From Perna viridis (taxonomy: Eukaryota), in assembly GCA_037379345.1 (NCBI GenBank), contig CM074515.1, positions 5,642,001 through 5,706,000 on the forward strand: a stretch of DNA of 64,000 nucleotides. The letters run 5' to 3'. The position numbers were made by a program, and so were the translations under genes. Position 1 is the stretch's first letter. Each line of letters starts with the position of its first letter. Shown in pieces: positions 26,021-40,100 of the stretch. Under the pieces are notes generated by a model that was not told the origin of the DNA, did no database searches, and saw only the letters and a program-made list of their open reading frames with translations.

Positions 26021-29000
26021 AACTATAATTTCCCCATCGTGAGTTCTAAAGCGCCGTCCATCAACGAGTCTTCCACAGTAGCAATGCTGTGCATCATTCA
26101 TGAGGAGAACAACTGCTAGGAATATTCTCATTATATTATATTTAGCTGGTTCTTAATGACCGCCTCTTGATGACCTCTGCATTGCAGTGATGTAAGCTCC
26201 TCGTTGGTGTGCACAGACCATGAGGAGAACTGATACTAATGAGAAAGTATACTTCTTGCGCTATTATTTCCTGTTAATAAATCATAGATTTTATATATTT
26301 CCAATACCCATAGGTGAACACGTTTTGTTTTAACACTAACAGTGAAGGTAAATACGGACTATCAAAACAGACACATAGAATAGCTTATAATGATTTCTAG
26401 GTTATACCTGGAAACAAGAAATTGTCATCTAGGCAGGAAAAGCCGCCTCTTGATGTAACACAGAAAATTCCATTAATCAATAATTATAATGGACCAGGAA
26501 ATTCCTACTGAGGAAAAATATAAAACAATGGGTATTCTCGTAACTTGTCACGTTCTAAATTATATAAATGCCAAAACGTGATCTATGTGAAATGTTTTAC
26601 TTCATAGTTACGATCTCGGTAAACAGAAGGTTAAAAGCATTCACAGACGTCTCAGTCAAGGATGTTGTAACAGATCTCAGAACCTGAAGTAACATACTCA
26701 AGATTCAACGACAATTCTGATAAAATGTGTGTTTTCAACAGAAATCAGACCAATCGTCACCAACAAATGTTTTGTAGAAACAATGACTTATACTGTTCAT
26801 CTCATAGAAATTTAGCGCTGAAGCATTGTTAAATGCATCTTTTTTATGTATTTAACACACAAGCTCAAGCCAAACTGAGGAGAAAATGTTTTATAACTTC
26901 TGTATAACATTAACAACAGAAGTGTAAAAATCATATTTTAGAATAAATCTACAGCTGTCAAAATATGATCTTTTTAAATTCATATACACGTAGCCTTGTT
27001 CTTTAATATATTATGCAGAGCGAGCTAGCATTAATTTTCTTGAAAAATGCAATTTCTTTAAATTTAGATGAATGGAGATATTTTATGCTAGGATCCTGCT
27101 AAACACAAACATAAAAAAAGTAAATTTTTATTTTTTTTATTCAAATCTGACAATTTGTCACAAATTATTGCTAGCTTGTACTGCACCAGGTATTCAGGCT
27201 ACAACATATTTTCATTTCCGAACAAAAATCAGTACTGGTAAATCTGCACATTTATAGTTAAAACTTGATACATACACTTCCTTGTTAGCAAAATATGGCT
27301 GTCGTAACGTGTTTGTGAAGTAAAGAAACGTGCGTATATGTAGAATACTGTATGAAGAAACATTAAGCAAAGTTTTCAGGAACATAATAATTGCATCTTA
27401 ATATCTTGACTGAAATTATCTTGACAATTGATGTCCTAGATTTTGACTTTAGCAGAACCTAAGTAACAAAAGACCGCAGGCAATGGTCACATTGGTGCTA
27501 TTATAAACGGAAAATATGCAAACCAACGGGTATGATAAAAAGCTACAAATGCGTATACGTGGCATAACCTAAGTCCAAAACAGTAAACACCATCAGAAGT
27601 CACCACAAATATTTTACAGAATTTGAAAAATATCTAAAAATATCCAAAATAAAAAAAAAATTGAAACAAAGAAAGAATTAATTAAATGAGCATTTTTAAA
27701 AGACCAGACCAAGAAGTAGCATTTAACCGCAACAGAAAATACTGTTTGAATACGATAGTTGCTAATATTGCATGATTGCCCAAGGGACAGTGATATTAGC
27801 TGAAATGTTCATGACGTTGCGCACGCTATTGCGGCTGTGTTGGAAAAAAACACACCTATCTAAACTATATATGACTATTGTTAACAATCCAAACTATGAT
27901 TATGTGAAAGCTGTATTCTGTTGGAATCAGGACAAATAATAAGTTCTGAACATTTGTCACAAATGGTACGTCTAGTTTTTTATAATCAATTAAACTTTTC
28001 CAAAAACCCGTAAACAACGAAAAAATTCCGTATGTCAGGTGTAACACAGTGTAGGTGCAAAAAAGCTAAAATAGTGAATTGCGCTATTGCAGAGGGTACG
28101 AAATTCGCCAAATTTTGCATGGAAGAATAATTTCATACATTCTTTTTGTGATAATTGTCGAAATTGCGTTAAATTTAGGCAAAAAAAAAAACATTCAATG
28201 CAAAAATGAAAGTATTGGTAAATGGTCAGATTTCTAAAAGTGTTCAGTAATCAAATTCTGTTATTAATGTCAGAACTTATTTACACAATATTCTTTTCCG
28301 ATTAAAAAATGTACATACTTTCAACAATTCTACGTCGGCATTTGATACAATTTTCAGAACAAACAAAAAAGTTAAGTCTTTTTGAAAATGTCTAGCGAAA
28401 TGTCAGATGTCAATATTTTCCGGGTTCGTCGAGAAAATGTCATGCTCTAACGCAATTCTACAATCAATTGGCAATTTTTTCTATGAAATAATAATACTTT
28501 GTAATTGTACATACCCTTTGGAATACACACATTTCATTTTTTATGGTTTAAACTGTTTAAAACGGATAAAATTCGAACAAAACAAATGTCTAGCGATTTG
28601 TCAAACTTTCACTTTTTGAACGTTTTCCGTCGATCGGGAAATGGGGAAATAAAACGGAAATAATTTCCGCTTTAGATAACAAGAACTAGACACTTATACT
28701 CGCCTCTGCAATTACAAGTAAAGAACATGCAACTGAAAGAGACAAAAAAAAATCGAAATCAAAGGGATATAAAAAGACGAAAGGTGTCTGTATTTTGTGT
28801 TATTAACAAACGAAAGAATAAAAAAAAAAAAAAAAAAAGACTAGAATAATTTTTTATAGTTAAGGAATTCGATCGGAGTAGAATGGCTGAAACACAAAAT
28901 AGAGTTGACAGAACTTTAAAAATGTATAGAAAAGCAGAATGCTAATAGATAAAATAAATGCAGAAAAGGGAATCATAAACATTTTTTTTTATTTTGGAAA

Positions 29001-30639
29001 ACGCAAATGAGCAAATGAAAAGAAAATCAATGAGCGGCTATCTAATGGGTGTTGATGAAAGCCCGATTTTCTGATGGATAGAAAGCTCTTTCAATCAAAA
29101 TACTAAGTTGTGAAAGGCCCAAATTCTGTATCTCAAAATGCACATTTTAACTTATCGCAGGAGAAAGTTGCTATGTTCCCTATCGAGACAGACAAAGTGT
29201 GCATATATGTGGCGGTTGCATTCCACGCTGCTGTGCACAAGCATGTGTGAATTTAATTTACCGGTAGTACTGATAATCAAATTAATTAATCTTTTCTATT
29301 TTCTAAGAAATGTTCAAGATGTTTCAATTGCTACCAATCAAAAATTATTGTATATTTTGCTTTACTTTGTTTCAATAAGCAAGCCAGCAAGAAACGAAAA
29401 GTGTCAACAAACGTCGAATTCTGATGTTACCGAATGTGCCGCAATAGCGTGTGTAACGTCTCATGTAATGTCTCCAGCCTGATGTCATTATCAATGCTTA
29501 AGCAATTTGTATTTCCTTGTGGTTGGCCTAGTAAAATTAATATAAAAAAAGAAATATCTTGGCGCTAAAATGTTCCCTTTTCTTGTGCTCAAATGACACG
29601 TCATCAAATGAAATATAGTTATGAATACAAATGACACATGATAAATGTGTAATTTCTATAAACACATAATATTTTTTTGCCTTGAATTTCCATGTAGATC
29701 TCACATGACCGCGTATTACAAGGATTCTGTTAGTAGTTGTTGTTATTTATTACCAACAATTACTGGATCCAAGCCTTCTTCGGGACAATTGACCGGAAAA
29801 CTGGATCAGAGTAAGTCATGGCATACTCCCAGATCTACGTGCGATTTCTAACTATAAATTTATAAGAAGTAAGTTGAAAACATTGGTATGCTGTATAGTC
29901 ACTTCGAAATAATTCCTCTAGAATCTATGTGTTCTTGGCCAGTGAAATCCACTGTTTACTATGCATTGAAGCTAAAAAATGTATATTAAAAGTTGGGCCT
30001 TATTAGCTTGGCAAAAACACTCTTAAAATAATAAAATAATAAACGTGATAACTCATCTTAACATGAATTCTCTAAATGCATTAACCATACTGCATCTTCC
30101 TCAATTCAAGTTGTTAATTACAAATGTAAAAAATCTTTTTTGAGATTAAAACAATGTCTAATGAGATTTAATATATTGATCCTCGTGATAAAAGTCGGTC
30201 CTTCAAGTGATGTAATGCTATTTACACCAGAAATGGGACAATTTTACATTTAACTGGATTATGATTAAAGTAAAAGTAGAATTTGTAATGACTCGGTGAT
30301 AATGAACGAGTTAATGGCATGACAAGCTAGTGTTAACACTTGTTCCTATAATGAAGATTTCAAATTCATTTATTTTGAATAACTTCAAAGATCGAAATTA
30401 CAAAAAAAATAATAATAATAATAATCTGGGTGAACTTATGATACAATTTAAACTTATAATTCTGAATTCTAATTAAACGTTTATCATCAATGGTAAAAAT
30501 TGATGGAAGAGGTACGAGGTGTTTTGGTAGAAAGCATGCTCTGTGTGTAGTGTAAAGCATTGGAATGGTCAGTGTCAGTACAAAGCATGCTCTGTGTTTC
30601 GTGTAAGGGATTGGTCAGTGCTACATGTTTATATTTTTG

Positions 30640-31160
30640 GTAGGTATGCAAGTGACTGATATGGTTAATGTCAGTGTTAGTGTAAGGCATGAAGTTAGTG
30701 ATAGGTGTGTGGTAATTAAATCATTGGCGAGTGGCAAATGATTGATGTGTAATTAGTGAATGGTGTGTGGTTCGTGATTTGATTGTTATTAGTGATTTGT
30801 GTATAGTTAGTGATAGGAATGTTGTTAGTGATTGGTGTGTGGTTAGTTATTGGAGTATTGTTAGTGATTTGTACGTGGTTAGTGAATGGAATGTGGTAAG
30901 TGATTTGTGCACGGTAAGTGATTAGAGTGTGGTAAGTGATTGATGTGTGGTAAGTGATTTGTGTATGGTTAGTGATTGAAGAGTGTTAGTGATTTGTGTA
31001 TGGTTAGTGATAGAAGTGTTGTTTGTGATTGGTATGTGGTAAGTGATTGGAGTGTTGTTAGTGATTTGTGCGTGGTTAGTGATTGAAGTGTTGTTAGTGA
31101 TTTGTGTGCGGTTTGTGTTTGGAGTGTAGTTAGTGATTGGCGTGTGATTATGGGTAGTGA
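30640..31160. repeat. Degenerate ~19-20-bp G/T-rich tandem repeat
   Basis: Recurring GTGTGGTTAGTGATTG / GTTGTTAGTGATTT units. Confidence 0.85.
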
Positions 31161-31269
31161 AAATATGGTTTAAGTCATTTTTTGTGATATGTTATATATA
31201 TATATGTTGATAAATTCTATGTGGTGAATATGTTTGGTAGAATTTAGATATCAGTGATATTTGCGATAT

Positions 31270-33085
31270 GTTTTGGTAGGTGTTAGTGGGCGGTATGTTT
31301 AGTGATAATGTGTCAAGTCAATATTTGTGGTATGTTTGTAGGTGTTAATGGTTGTATGTTTAGTGAAAATGTATTATCAAGACAATATTTGTGGTATATT
31401 GGTAGGTGTTAATGGTCGGTATGTTTTGTGATAATGTATTATCAAGTCAATATTTATGGTATGTTTGTAGGTGTTAATGGTCGGTATGCGTAGAGAATAT
31501 GTATTATCAAGTCAATATTTGTGGTATATTGGTAGGTGTTAATGGTCGGTATGCTTAGAGAATATGTATTATCAAGTCAATATTTGTGGTATATTGGTAG
31601 GTGTTAATGGTTGTATGCTTAGTGATAATGTATTATCAAGACAATATTTATTGTATATTGGTAGGTGTTAATGGTCGGTATGCTTTGTGATAATGTATTA
31701 TTAAGTCAATATTTATGGTATGTTTGTAGGTGTTAATGGTCGGTATGCGTAGAGAATATGTATTATCAAGTCAATATTTGTGGTATATTGGTAGGTGTTA
31801 ATGGTCGGTATGTTTTGTGAAAATGTATTATCAAAGCAATATTTGTGGTATATTGGTAGGTGTTAATGGTCGGTATGTTTTGTGATAATGTATTATCAAA
31901 GCAATATTTATGGTATGTTGGTAGGTGTTAATGGTTGTATGCTTAGTGATAATGTATAATTAAGTCAATATTTGTGGTATATTGGTAGGTGTTAATGGTC
32001 GGTATGCTTAGTGAAAATGTATTATCAAGTCAATATTTATGGTATGTTGGTAGGTGTTAATGGTTGTATGTTTAGTGAAAATGTATTATCAAAGCAATAT
32101 TTATGGTATGTTGGTAGGTGTTAATGGTTGTATGCTTAGTGATAATGTATAATTAAGTCAATATTTATGGTATGTTTGTAGATGTTAATGGTCGGTATGC
32201 GTAGAGAATATGTATTATCAAGTCAATATTTGTGGTATATTGGTAGGTGTTAATGGTCGGTATGCTTAGTGAAAATGTATTATCAAAGCAATATTTATGG
32301 TATGTTGGTAGGTGTTAATGGTTGTATGCTTAGTGATAATGTATAATCAAGTCGAAATTTGTGGTATGTTGGTAGGTGTTAATGGTTGTATGCTTAGTGA
32401 TAATGTATAATTAAGTCAATATTTATGGTATGTTTGTAGGTGTTAATGGTCGGTATGCGTAGAGAATATGTATTATCAAGTCAATATTTGTGGTATATTG
32501 GTAGGTGTTAATGGTCGGTATGTTTTGTGAAAAAGTATTATCAAAGCAATATTTATGGTATGTTGGTAGGTGTTAATGGTCGGTATGCTTTGTGATAATG
32601 TATTATCAAGTCAATATTTATGGTATGTTTGTAAGTGTTAATGGTCGGTATGCGTAGAGAATATGTATTATCAAGTCAATATTTGTGGTATATTGGTAGG
32701 TGTTAATGGTCGGTATGCTTTGTGATAATGTATTATCAAGACAATATTTATGGTATATTGGTAGGTGTTAATGGTCGGTATGCTTTGTGATAATGTATTA
32801 TCAAGTCAATATTTATGGTATATTGGTAGGTGTTAATGGTCGGTATGCTTTGTGATAATGTATTATGAAGTCAATATTTATGGTATGTTTGTAGGTGTTA
32901 ATGGTCGGTATGCTTAGAGAATATGTATTATCAAGTCAATGTTTGTGGTATATTGGTAGGTGTTAATGGTCGGTATGTTTTGTGAAAATGTATTATCAAA
33001 GCAATATTTATGGTATGTTGGTAAGTGTTAATAGTCGGTATGTTTAGTGATAATGAAATATTTAATCAGTATTTGTGGAATGTTT
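31270..33085. repeat. 65-bp satellite/minisatellite, ~27 copies
   Basis: Unit GTAGGTGTTAATGGTCGGTATGCTTAGTGATAATGTATTATCAAGTCAATATTTGTGGTATATTG; period 65 (31791, 31856, ...). Confidence 0.97.
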
Positions 33086-33224
33086 GGTAGTTGTATAGGT
33101 AGGTTGGTAGAGCCGGATCCAGACAGTTTGAAAGGAGGGGTACCAGCCGAATAAAATGACAAATATTCCAATTAAAACGGGGGTAACAACCCTCTGCACC
33201 CCCTCTGTATTTGCCATTGTTGTA

Positions 33225-33562
33225 AGTGATCGGTATGTTAATTATTTAATTAGTGTTATGTTTGGCAGTTGTCAGTGGTCGGTATGTTAAGTGTTAATGC
33301 ATTATTTAGTTAGCATTTGTGGTAAATATCTTTGGCAGTTGTCAGTGGTCGGTATGTTAAGTGTTAATGCATTATTTAGTTACCATTTGTGGTATATATC
33401 TTTGGCAGTTGTCAGTGGTCGGTATGTTAAGTGTTAATGCATTATTTAGTTAGCATTTGTGGTATACATGTTTGGCAGTTGACAGTGGTCGTTATGTTAA
33501 GTGTTCATGAATGGTGTAGTCAGTATTTGTGGAACGTTTGGTAGTTATTAGTGGTCGATATG
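33225..33562. repeat. 70-bp tandem repeat, 4-5 copies, related to the 65-bp unit
   Basis: TTTGGCAGTTG at 33261, 33331, 33401 and 33471; shares TGGTCGGTATG and ATTTGTGGTA with the 65-bp unit. Confidence 0.93.
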
Positions 33563-34439
33563 CGATACGGGGCGCCGACTGGGACTTGATCTTTTTGTAA
33601 TCAAATTCTGTCGTAACAAAATCATTTTTGTCGTACAAAACTATGTTATGCAGACTTGTTTTAAGATCACTTCAATTTTGTGATGACAAAATTCAATTTT
33701 GTCAGATTGGTATGCAAATATTAACTTATTTGGGTAGAAAATTAACTTTTGTTACATGATATGGAAATTAAATAACAGGTCATTTTTGTGAGACAAAAGT
33801 CAACAAAGGTCAATTTTGTATGCAGATTAGTTAACAGAATCCTGCGATGCATCACGAATTTATTAAATGTCCTTCGTAATCAGAATGGTGAATTTAAGAA
33901 ATAAACCATAGTTCAATATCAATCCCATATTATTGCAATTTGACGATTATTTGAGGCGTAAAAACTCAAACGAACGATATGAATTGATTCAGTACATGAG
34001 AACTTTGATTTGTTATCAAAACTTATTGTTATCAAAAAATATTTGACTTTACTTTCCATAATTTCGAATCTCTAAGTTATTCCCTTTATATTCTGTTCTT
34101 ATATTTAATGCTTTATTGTTCAATTGTGTTGTGATAATGTGCCCTCCTTATGAAGGTTAAAGAGTAATAAGGGAACCTAACTTCGAACGGCAATCATCTC
34201 AAGAACAAAGCGAAGACGCAACGAAGGAACTAACCCGAAGTCAGTCTTTCTTCCCACTACCTATGTATGTGTGTGTTAAGTGTTAATGATTGGTTAATTC
34301 AGTATCTATGATATGCTTGATATGTAGTTTGTATAAATGATTAAGTGATAACTATGCCTGTTCGAGACAGTTTAATAGTGGTCGATATACAAGCGTTATT
34401 GATATACACTCTAGTGACGGTGATATACATACTGAGTAT

Positions 34440-34682
34440 AACATGTCAAAATGTCACATGCTTTATGAACCCGAGAATCCTATATATCACCACAAGGTCC
34501 ATCTCCCTGCGGGGTGATATAGGTCGGTAGTTGATACTGCATGTGATACATACTGAATGTTACATGTCGAAATCTGTATTGCATGCTGTATCAACCCGGG
34601 ACTCCTCCTCTCCCCATCGGCCCACGGGGTGATATCGGTCGACGGTTGATACCACATGTGATACAGATTTTGGCATGTCATG
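34440..34682. repeat. Two tandem degenerate foldback (inverted-repeat) units
   Basis: ACATGTCGAAATCTGTATTGCATGCTGTATCAACC (from 34562) pairs with GGTTGATACCACATGTGATACAGATTTTGGCATGT (to 34678). A more decayed copy lies at about 34441-34560. Confidence 0.65.
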
Positions 34683-34740
34683 TTCATTATGTCATATATT
34701 TTAACTACACTTCAAGTATGTTCTGTGTAGGTGTGTCATA

Positions 34741-35172
34741 TAGGGTATGTGATATAGGTCTAGGGATGTAATATAGGGTATGCGATATAGGTCTAGGGAT
34801 GTAATATAGGGTATGCGATATAGGTCTAGGGTTGTGAAATACGGTATGCGATATAGGTCTAGGGTTGTGATATACGGTATGCGATATAGGTCTAGGGTTG
34901 TGATATAGGGTATGCGATATAGGTCTAGGGTTGTGATATAGGTCTAGGGATGTAATAAAGGGTATGCGATATAGGTCTAGGGTTGTGATATACGGTATGC
35001 GATATAGGTCTAGGGATGTAATATAGGGTATGCGATATAGGTCTAGGGTTGTGATATACGGCATGCGATATAGGTCTAGTTTTGTGATATACGGTATGCG
35101 ATATAGGTCTAGGGTTTTGATATACGATATGCGATATAGGTCTAGGGTTGTGATATAGGGTATGCGATATAA
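34741..35172. repeat. 33-bp minisatellite, ~13 copies
   Basis: Unit GATATAGGTCTAGGGTTGTGATATACGGTATGC. Confidence 0.96.
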
Positions 35173-35321
35173 GGTAAACGATATAGGGTTTCAACAAACA
35201 CTTATAATGCATATACATAAAAGATATATTTTGATCTAAATATATGGTATAGATTTTTACTAGTCATCTTCATTATATCATATTTTTTAACCATATTTCA
35301 AGTATGATCTGTAAATGGGTG

Positions 35322-35496
35322 GGATATAGGCCTAGGGGTGTGATATATAGTATACGATATAGGCCTAGGGATGTGATATATGGTATACGATATAGGCCTA
35401 GGGGTGTGATATATGGTATACGATATAGGTCTAGGGGTGTGATATATGGTATACGATATAGGCCTAGGGGTGTGATATATGGTATACGATATAGGG
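35322..35496. repeat. 33-bp minisatellite variant, ~5 copies
   Basis: Unit GATATAGGCCTAGGGGTGTGATATATGGTATAC. Confidence 0.95.
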
Positions 35497-35599
35497 ATTA
35501 AACACTTATAATGCATATGCAAAAAGATATATTTCAATCAAAGTATAAGATATAAGTTTATATTGTTTGGTCAGATTCTGAGACATGGTTGGTAAGTGT

Positions 35600-37146
35600 T
35601 AGTGATTGTTTGACAAAGTGTTAATAACATATGGTTAGTACCAGTCCTTGATATCAAGAGTCTTAGTATGGTTACTGTCAGTCGTCTTACTATGCAGTTA
35701 ATGTCAGTTGTTGATATGTAGAGTATTACTATGGTTAGTGTCAGTCGTGGTACTATGGTTAGAATCAGTCGTTGATTTGTAGAGGGTAAGTATGGTAAAT
35801 GTCAGTCATTGATATGTAGATGGTAAGCATAGTTTGTGTCAGTCGTGTTACTATGTTTAGTGTCAGTCGTTGATATGTAGATGGTAAGTATGGTTAGCGT
35901 CAGTCGTTGATATGTAGAGGGTAAATATGGTTAGTGTCTGTCATTGATAAGTAGATGGTAAGTATGGTTAGTGTCAGTCGTGTTGCTATGGTTAGAATCA
36001 GTCGTTGATATGTAGAGGGTAAGTATGGTTAGTGTCAGTCATTGATAAGTAGATGGTAAGTATGGTTAGTGTCAGTCGTGTTACTATGGTTAATGTCAAT
36101 CGTTGATATGTAGAGTGTTAGGATGGTAAGTTTCAGTCGTTGATAAGATAGCATTTTTTTGGTTAGTGTCAGTCAATGATATGTAGAGTGTAGAGTGTTA
36201 ATGTCTGTAGTTGATGTGAAAAGTGTTACTATAGTTTATGTCAGTCGTTGATATAAGTTACTATGGTTAGTGTCAGTCGATGATGTGAAGAGCCTTACTA
36301 TGGTTTCTGTCAGTCTTTGATATCTATTACTATGTTTAGTGTCAGTTGTTGATATATAGAGTGTTACTATGGTTCGTGTCAGTCGTTGATATGCAGAGTG
36401 TCACAATGGTTAGTGTCAGTCGTTGATATGTAGAGTGTTACTATGGTAAGTGCCAGTCGTTGATATGTAGAGTAATACCATGGTTAGTGTCAGCCGTTGA
36501 TATGTATTACTTTGTTTAGTGTCAGTCGTTGATATGTGGAGTGTTACTATGGATAGTACCAGTCGTTGATATGTGTTACTATGGTAAGTGTCAGTCATTG
36601 ATATGTCGTAGGTAAGTATGGTTAGTGTTAGTCGTGTTGCTATGGTTATTGTCGTTGATATGTAGAGTGTTACTATATGAAGTGCCAGTCGTTGATATGT
36701 AGAGAGTTAGTATGGTATATCAGAATTATTTTGGTTAGTGTCAGTCATTAATATGAAGAGTGTTACTATATTTAGTGTCAGTCGATGATGTGAAGAGTGT
36801 TATTATGGTTAGTGTCAGTCGTTGATATGTAGAGTGTTCCTATGGTTAGTGTCAGTCGTTGATATGTAGAGTGTTCCTATGGCTAGTGTCAGTCGTTGAT
36901 ATTTTGAGCGTTGCTATGATTAGTACCAGTCGTTGACATAGAGAGTTTTACCATGGTTAGTGCAGTCGATGATATGTAGAATGTTACCATGGTTAGTGCA
37001 GTCGATGATATGTAGAATGTTACCATGGTTAGTGTCAGTCGTTGATATGTTGAGTGTTACTATGGTAACTGTCAGTCGTTGATGTAGAGTTTTACTATAG
37101 TTAGTGTCAGTCGTTGATATGTAGATTGTTTTTTATGGTTAGTGTA
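35600..37146. repeat. 37-bp minisatellite with shorter (~25-31 bp) variants, ~40 copies
   Basis: Unit GTTGATATGTAGAGTGTTACTATGGTTAGTGTCAGTC; period 37 (36821, 36858, ...). Confidence 0.95.
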
Positions 37147-40100
37147 AGAACACAAGCGTCAATTACTTAAGAAAATACAAAATTTGATTACTAAACATGC
37201 ATTAATCATATGGTTTATGTAACAATTTTATCATATATAAATCTACGTTATCCCTTGAAATCCAATATTTTTGTTCTAACCACATGCATCACATCACGAT
37301 GTCTACCGTATAATTTCCATTATTTTGATTAAATCATTGCAAATGATATAACAATAACTTCTCGAAAGGCATGTATGCACTGCATCTATTAAAAAGGAAG
37401 ATCAGATATTGATAACGTATCTGTATTGACACTAATGCACACAGAACATGAAGATAGTTTCCTGGAACGATCGGTTTATAATACTATTATGAGGCAATTA
37501 TTTATGTCAACCGGCATGCCAGCATCAGTCAACCTCCATGACGTAGAAGTCGATGAATACTTTTTTCTTATTTCGAATTTGACCTTATTTAGAAACGCCT
37601 TTAATAAGGAAGACATAAAAAAAACTGAAACATTTAATGTAACTCTAGATTAACACGTAAGGTTACAGTTAAAATTTTGTAAAAGGTTAAAGCTAGTACA
37701 ACACTCCACGAGGGACGTTGTACAAATGTTACATCCATCATGGCCAATGTATCCATGTACTAACTACAATTTTCAGAAATTGTTGCGAATTTAATGAGTC
37801 ATCAGGAGACAGAAAACATTGGGATATAGTTTGCAGGTATACCTGATGTTAGTTAAGGTCGAGCCCAAACCAATATTCTTTTATTTGTCAAATATCACAC
37901 CACCTTAAGGGTAATGCTTAATTTCTCTGCAAGGTTATGTCTTGCCATTTTGATTGTTTACTTCTTTACAGCGTTCCTTGGTAACTATGGATATAGTGAC
38001 ATCAATATGTCGTCTGCAATTCAGAATTTCCGTAGCTAACCAACATACATGTGCAGATTTATGAGGTCTGGGTAAAAAAGTTGTTCGAAGTGACTAGCTG
38101 TTAAATCAAAAGAATTGTTTTAAATTTTAGGCTAGTCAAAAACAATCATTTCGATAAGAGCATTGTATATTCCCACTCTGAAGAGCTATTTTCATTGTTA
38201 CCAAGCCTAAGGTAGCTCGAGTGTTTGCATTTTACATTTTGTATTCCTTTTTATTAGGATAATAAATCTAAGATGAAATAATTTCTACTGGTAGGTGTTG
38301 TATATACAGAGATGTAGTTGTACTCATGTATAATTATTTTAAGCCATGGGCATCATATCCTATTTTTCATTCAACATTTGACCACTAAATATTAAATTAT
38401 TAAATTGATTAAAATGTTGAAAAATGTATTTTATACAAAACGTGACATTCAAGAAAAAGGCTTGTATCCGGCAATCAGTTTTTTTTTATTGATTATGGCT
38501 TGTAAGTTGTATACAGCCTGTGTCATCTACGAAATGGTAAGAAACCATATCAATAAATAATACATGTTGATAATTGATTGAGTTTGGTTCCAGGATATTG
38601 TCAAACATTTAAAATTATTCATTTTACATAAATAAAAAAGTATATATTCTTTTCATTGGAAGTAGTGTAGATTACATAAGCCAGAAATCGAAACCAAGAT
38701 ATAAATACGATCAAAGGAGAGAATTTTAGGTAAAAATGTATTTTAATAAAACAACTTTGGTCAAGTCATAGGGAAATAAAACACAACGTTGCACAAAAAG
38801 TTTACATTTTACCTTTCAGTGGTTGGGAGAAGCAACAACCCAAGAGGTAACCTTATGAAAATAATGTAGAAAGCCGTTTTTACACTGTTACAACCGTTGT
38901 AACACATATAAAAAATTCTGAAATAATAACAATAACAATAATAACATAAATAATGGTTATATTAAAAATTGAGAAATGCCAATAATCGAGAGCCAGTCAT
39001 TCTGATTAAATAATGCCTTCTTTGTTTTCAAACTATCAGAAATAATCTCAGATATGACTCCAACTGTTCTAACATTCTTATTGTTGACTACAATTGACAT
39101 TGTCATTTTGTTGAACTATCTGCTTCAAACAGCATCATTATCCATTAGCGTCGACAGCTACGAAGACAGAGTGGACAGACTGACACATCAATATCGCCGA
39201 GGACCCAGAGTATTCAGATAGAATGACAGAGATAACACAGACGTTATTGATAGCCACATCTGAAAACAGATACGTTTAAACAAAGCAGGGAATAGATTTG
39301 TATAATGAACAGGTACAGCCAATCAATATCTAGTAATACCAATTATAAAAGGACAGATAAACAGACGTGCAGTGGATTAGGTAAGCAGCATTGAAAGTAA
39401 GGATGCACATTTTTTTATTAGATGTAAGTAACTTCATTTTTCTTCTTTGAAAAATTATTTCAATCAATGTCATTATGAATTATCAGGTTTACTGAATTCG
39501 TCGTGAGATTGACAAAAGAATAGTATTTTATAGTTTAACAAAGCATGGGTTCCTCACGTACGGAACTAGAAAGGGTTTTGTTTGAGGAAAAAATAAAATC
39601 AAAAATAAAATTAATACGAAGAAATTGAGCAGTTCAGTTAATAACACATGCATTGAAAACCCATTTTAAACAACATAAATGGTCATATTATTTAATTTCT
39701 ATTCGACAATTCTGATTTCATAAACGTCTTATAGTTCTGTTCAATTAATAGATGATTCATATAATAGTTCAATAGTAATATGATGACATTCTGTCCATCT
39801 GCCCATGTTCGTTATATAAAGTGGTTTGTTCAATGTCCTTGATTCATTTTTTTTCTGAACAGAATAATGAATACTTAATGTATTGACAATGAGGTAAACT
39901 TTTTAACTTTTATACAGTATAACATAACAAGTGAAGCGTTGGGTAAAAGTAGATAATTCAGCATATGATGTCATTTTAAAATGTTTAAAAAGTAATCTGC
40001 ATATCATTATTTTGAAAAAATGATATACTTTTTCACTTGACAACGTATTTAATACGGTATAAATCTGTTGTGGTCAATCGAATTAGATTCAGTAGCAACA

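Noticed and set aside
26160-26240. C/D-box snoRNA-like segment (TGATGA...CTGA with CTCCTC/GAGGAG hairpin)
   Set aside because: No terminal stem or recognisable rRNA guide; it lies directly behind a LINE 3' end and is more likely part of that element.
34705-35537. Repetitive ORFs (YHNPRPISHT..., ITTLDLYRIP...)
   Set aside because: They are by-products of a 33-bp (multiple of 3) minisatellite that is open in several frames and has no gene structure.
24020-37146. Regular 33-70 bp repeats as CRISPR arrays
   Set aside because: Units are head-to-tail with no unique spacers, there are no cas genes, and the context is eukaryotic.
30640-37146. GGTTAG words as interstitial telomeric repeats
   Set aside because: They never occur as tandem TTAGGG; the motif is followed by TG within longer units.
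38822-38836. RFX X-box-like GTTGGGAGAAGCAAC upstream of the orphan gene
   Set aside because: The left half-site deviates from GTNRCC and the TSS is unknown.
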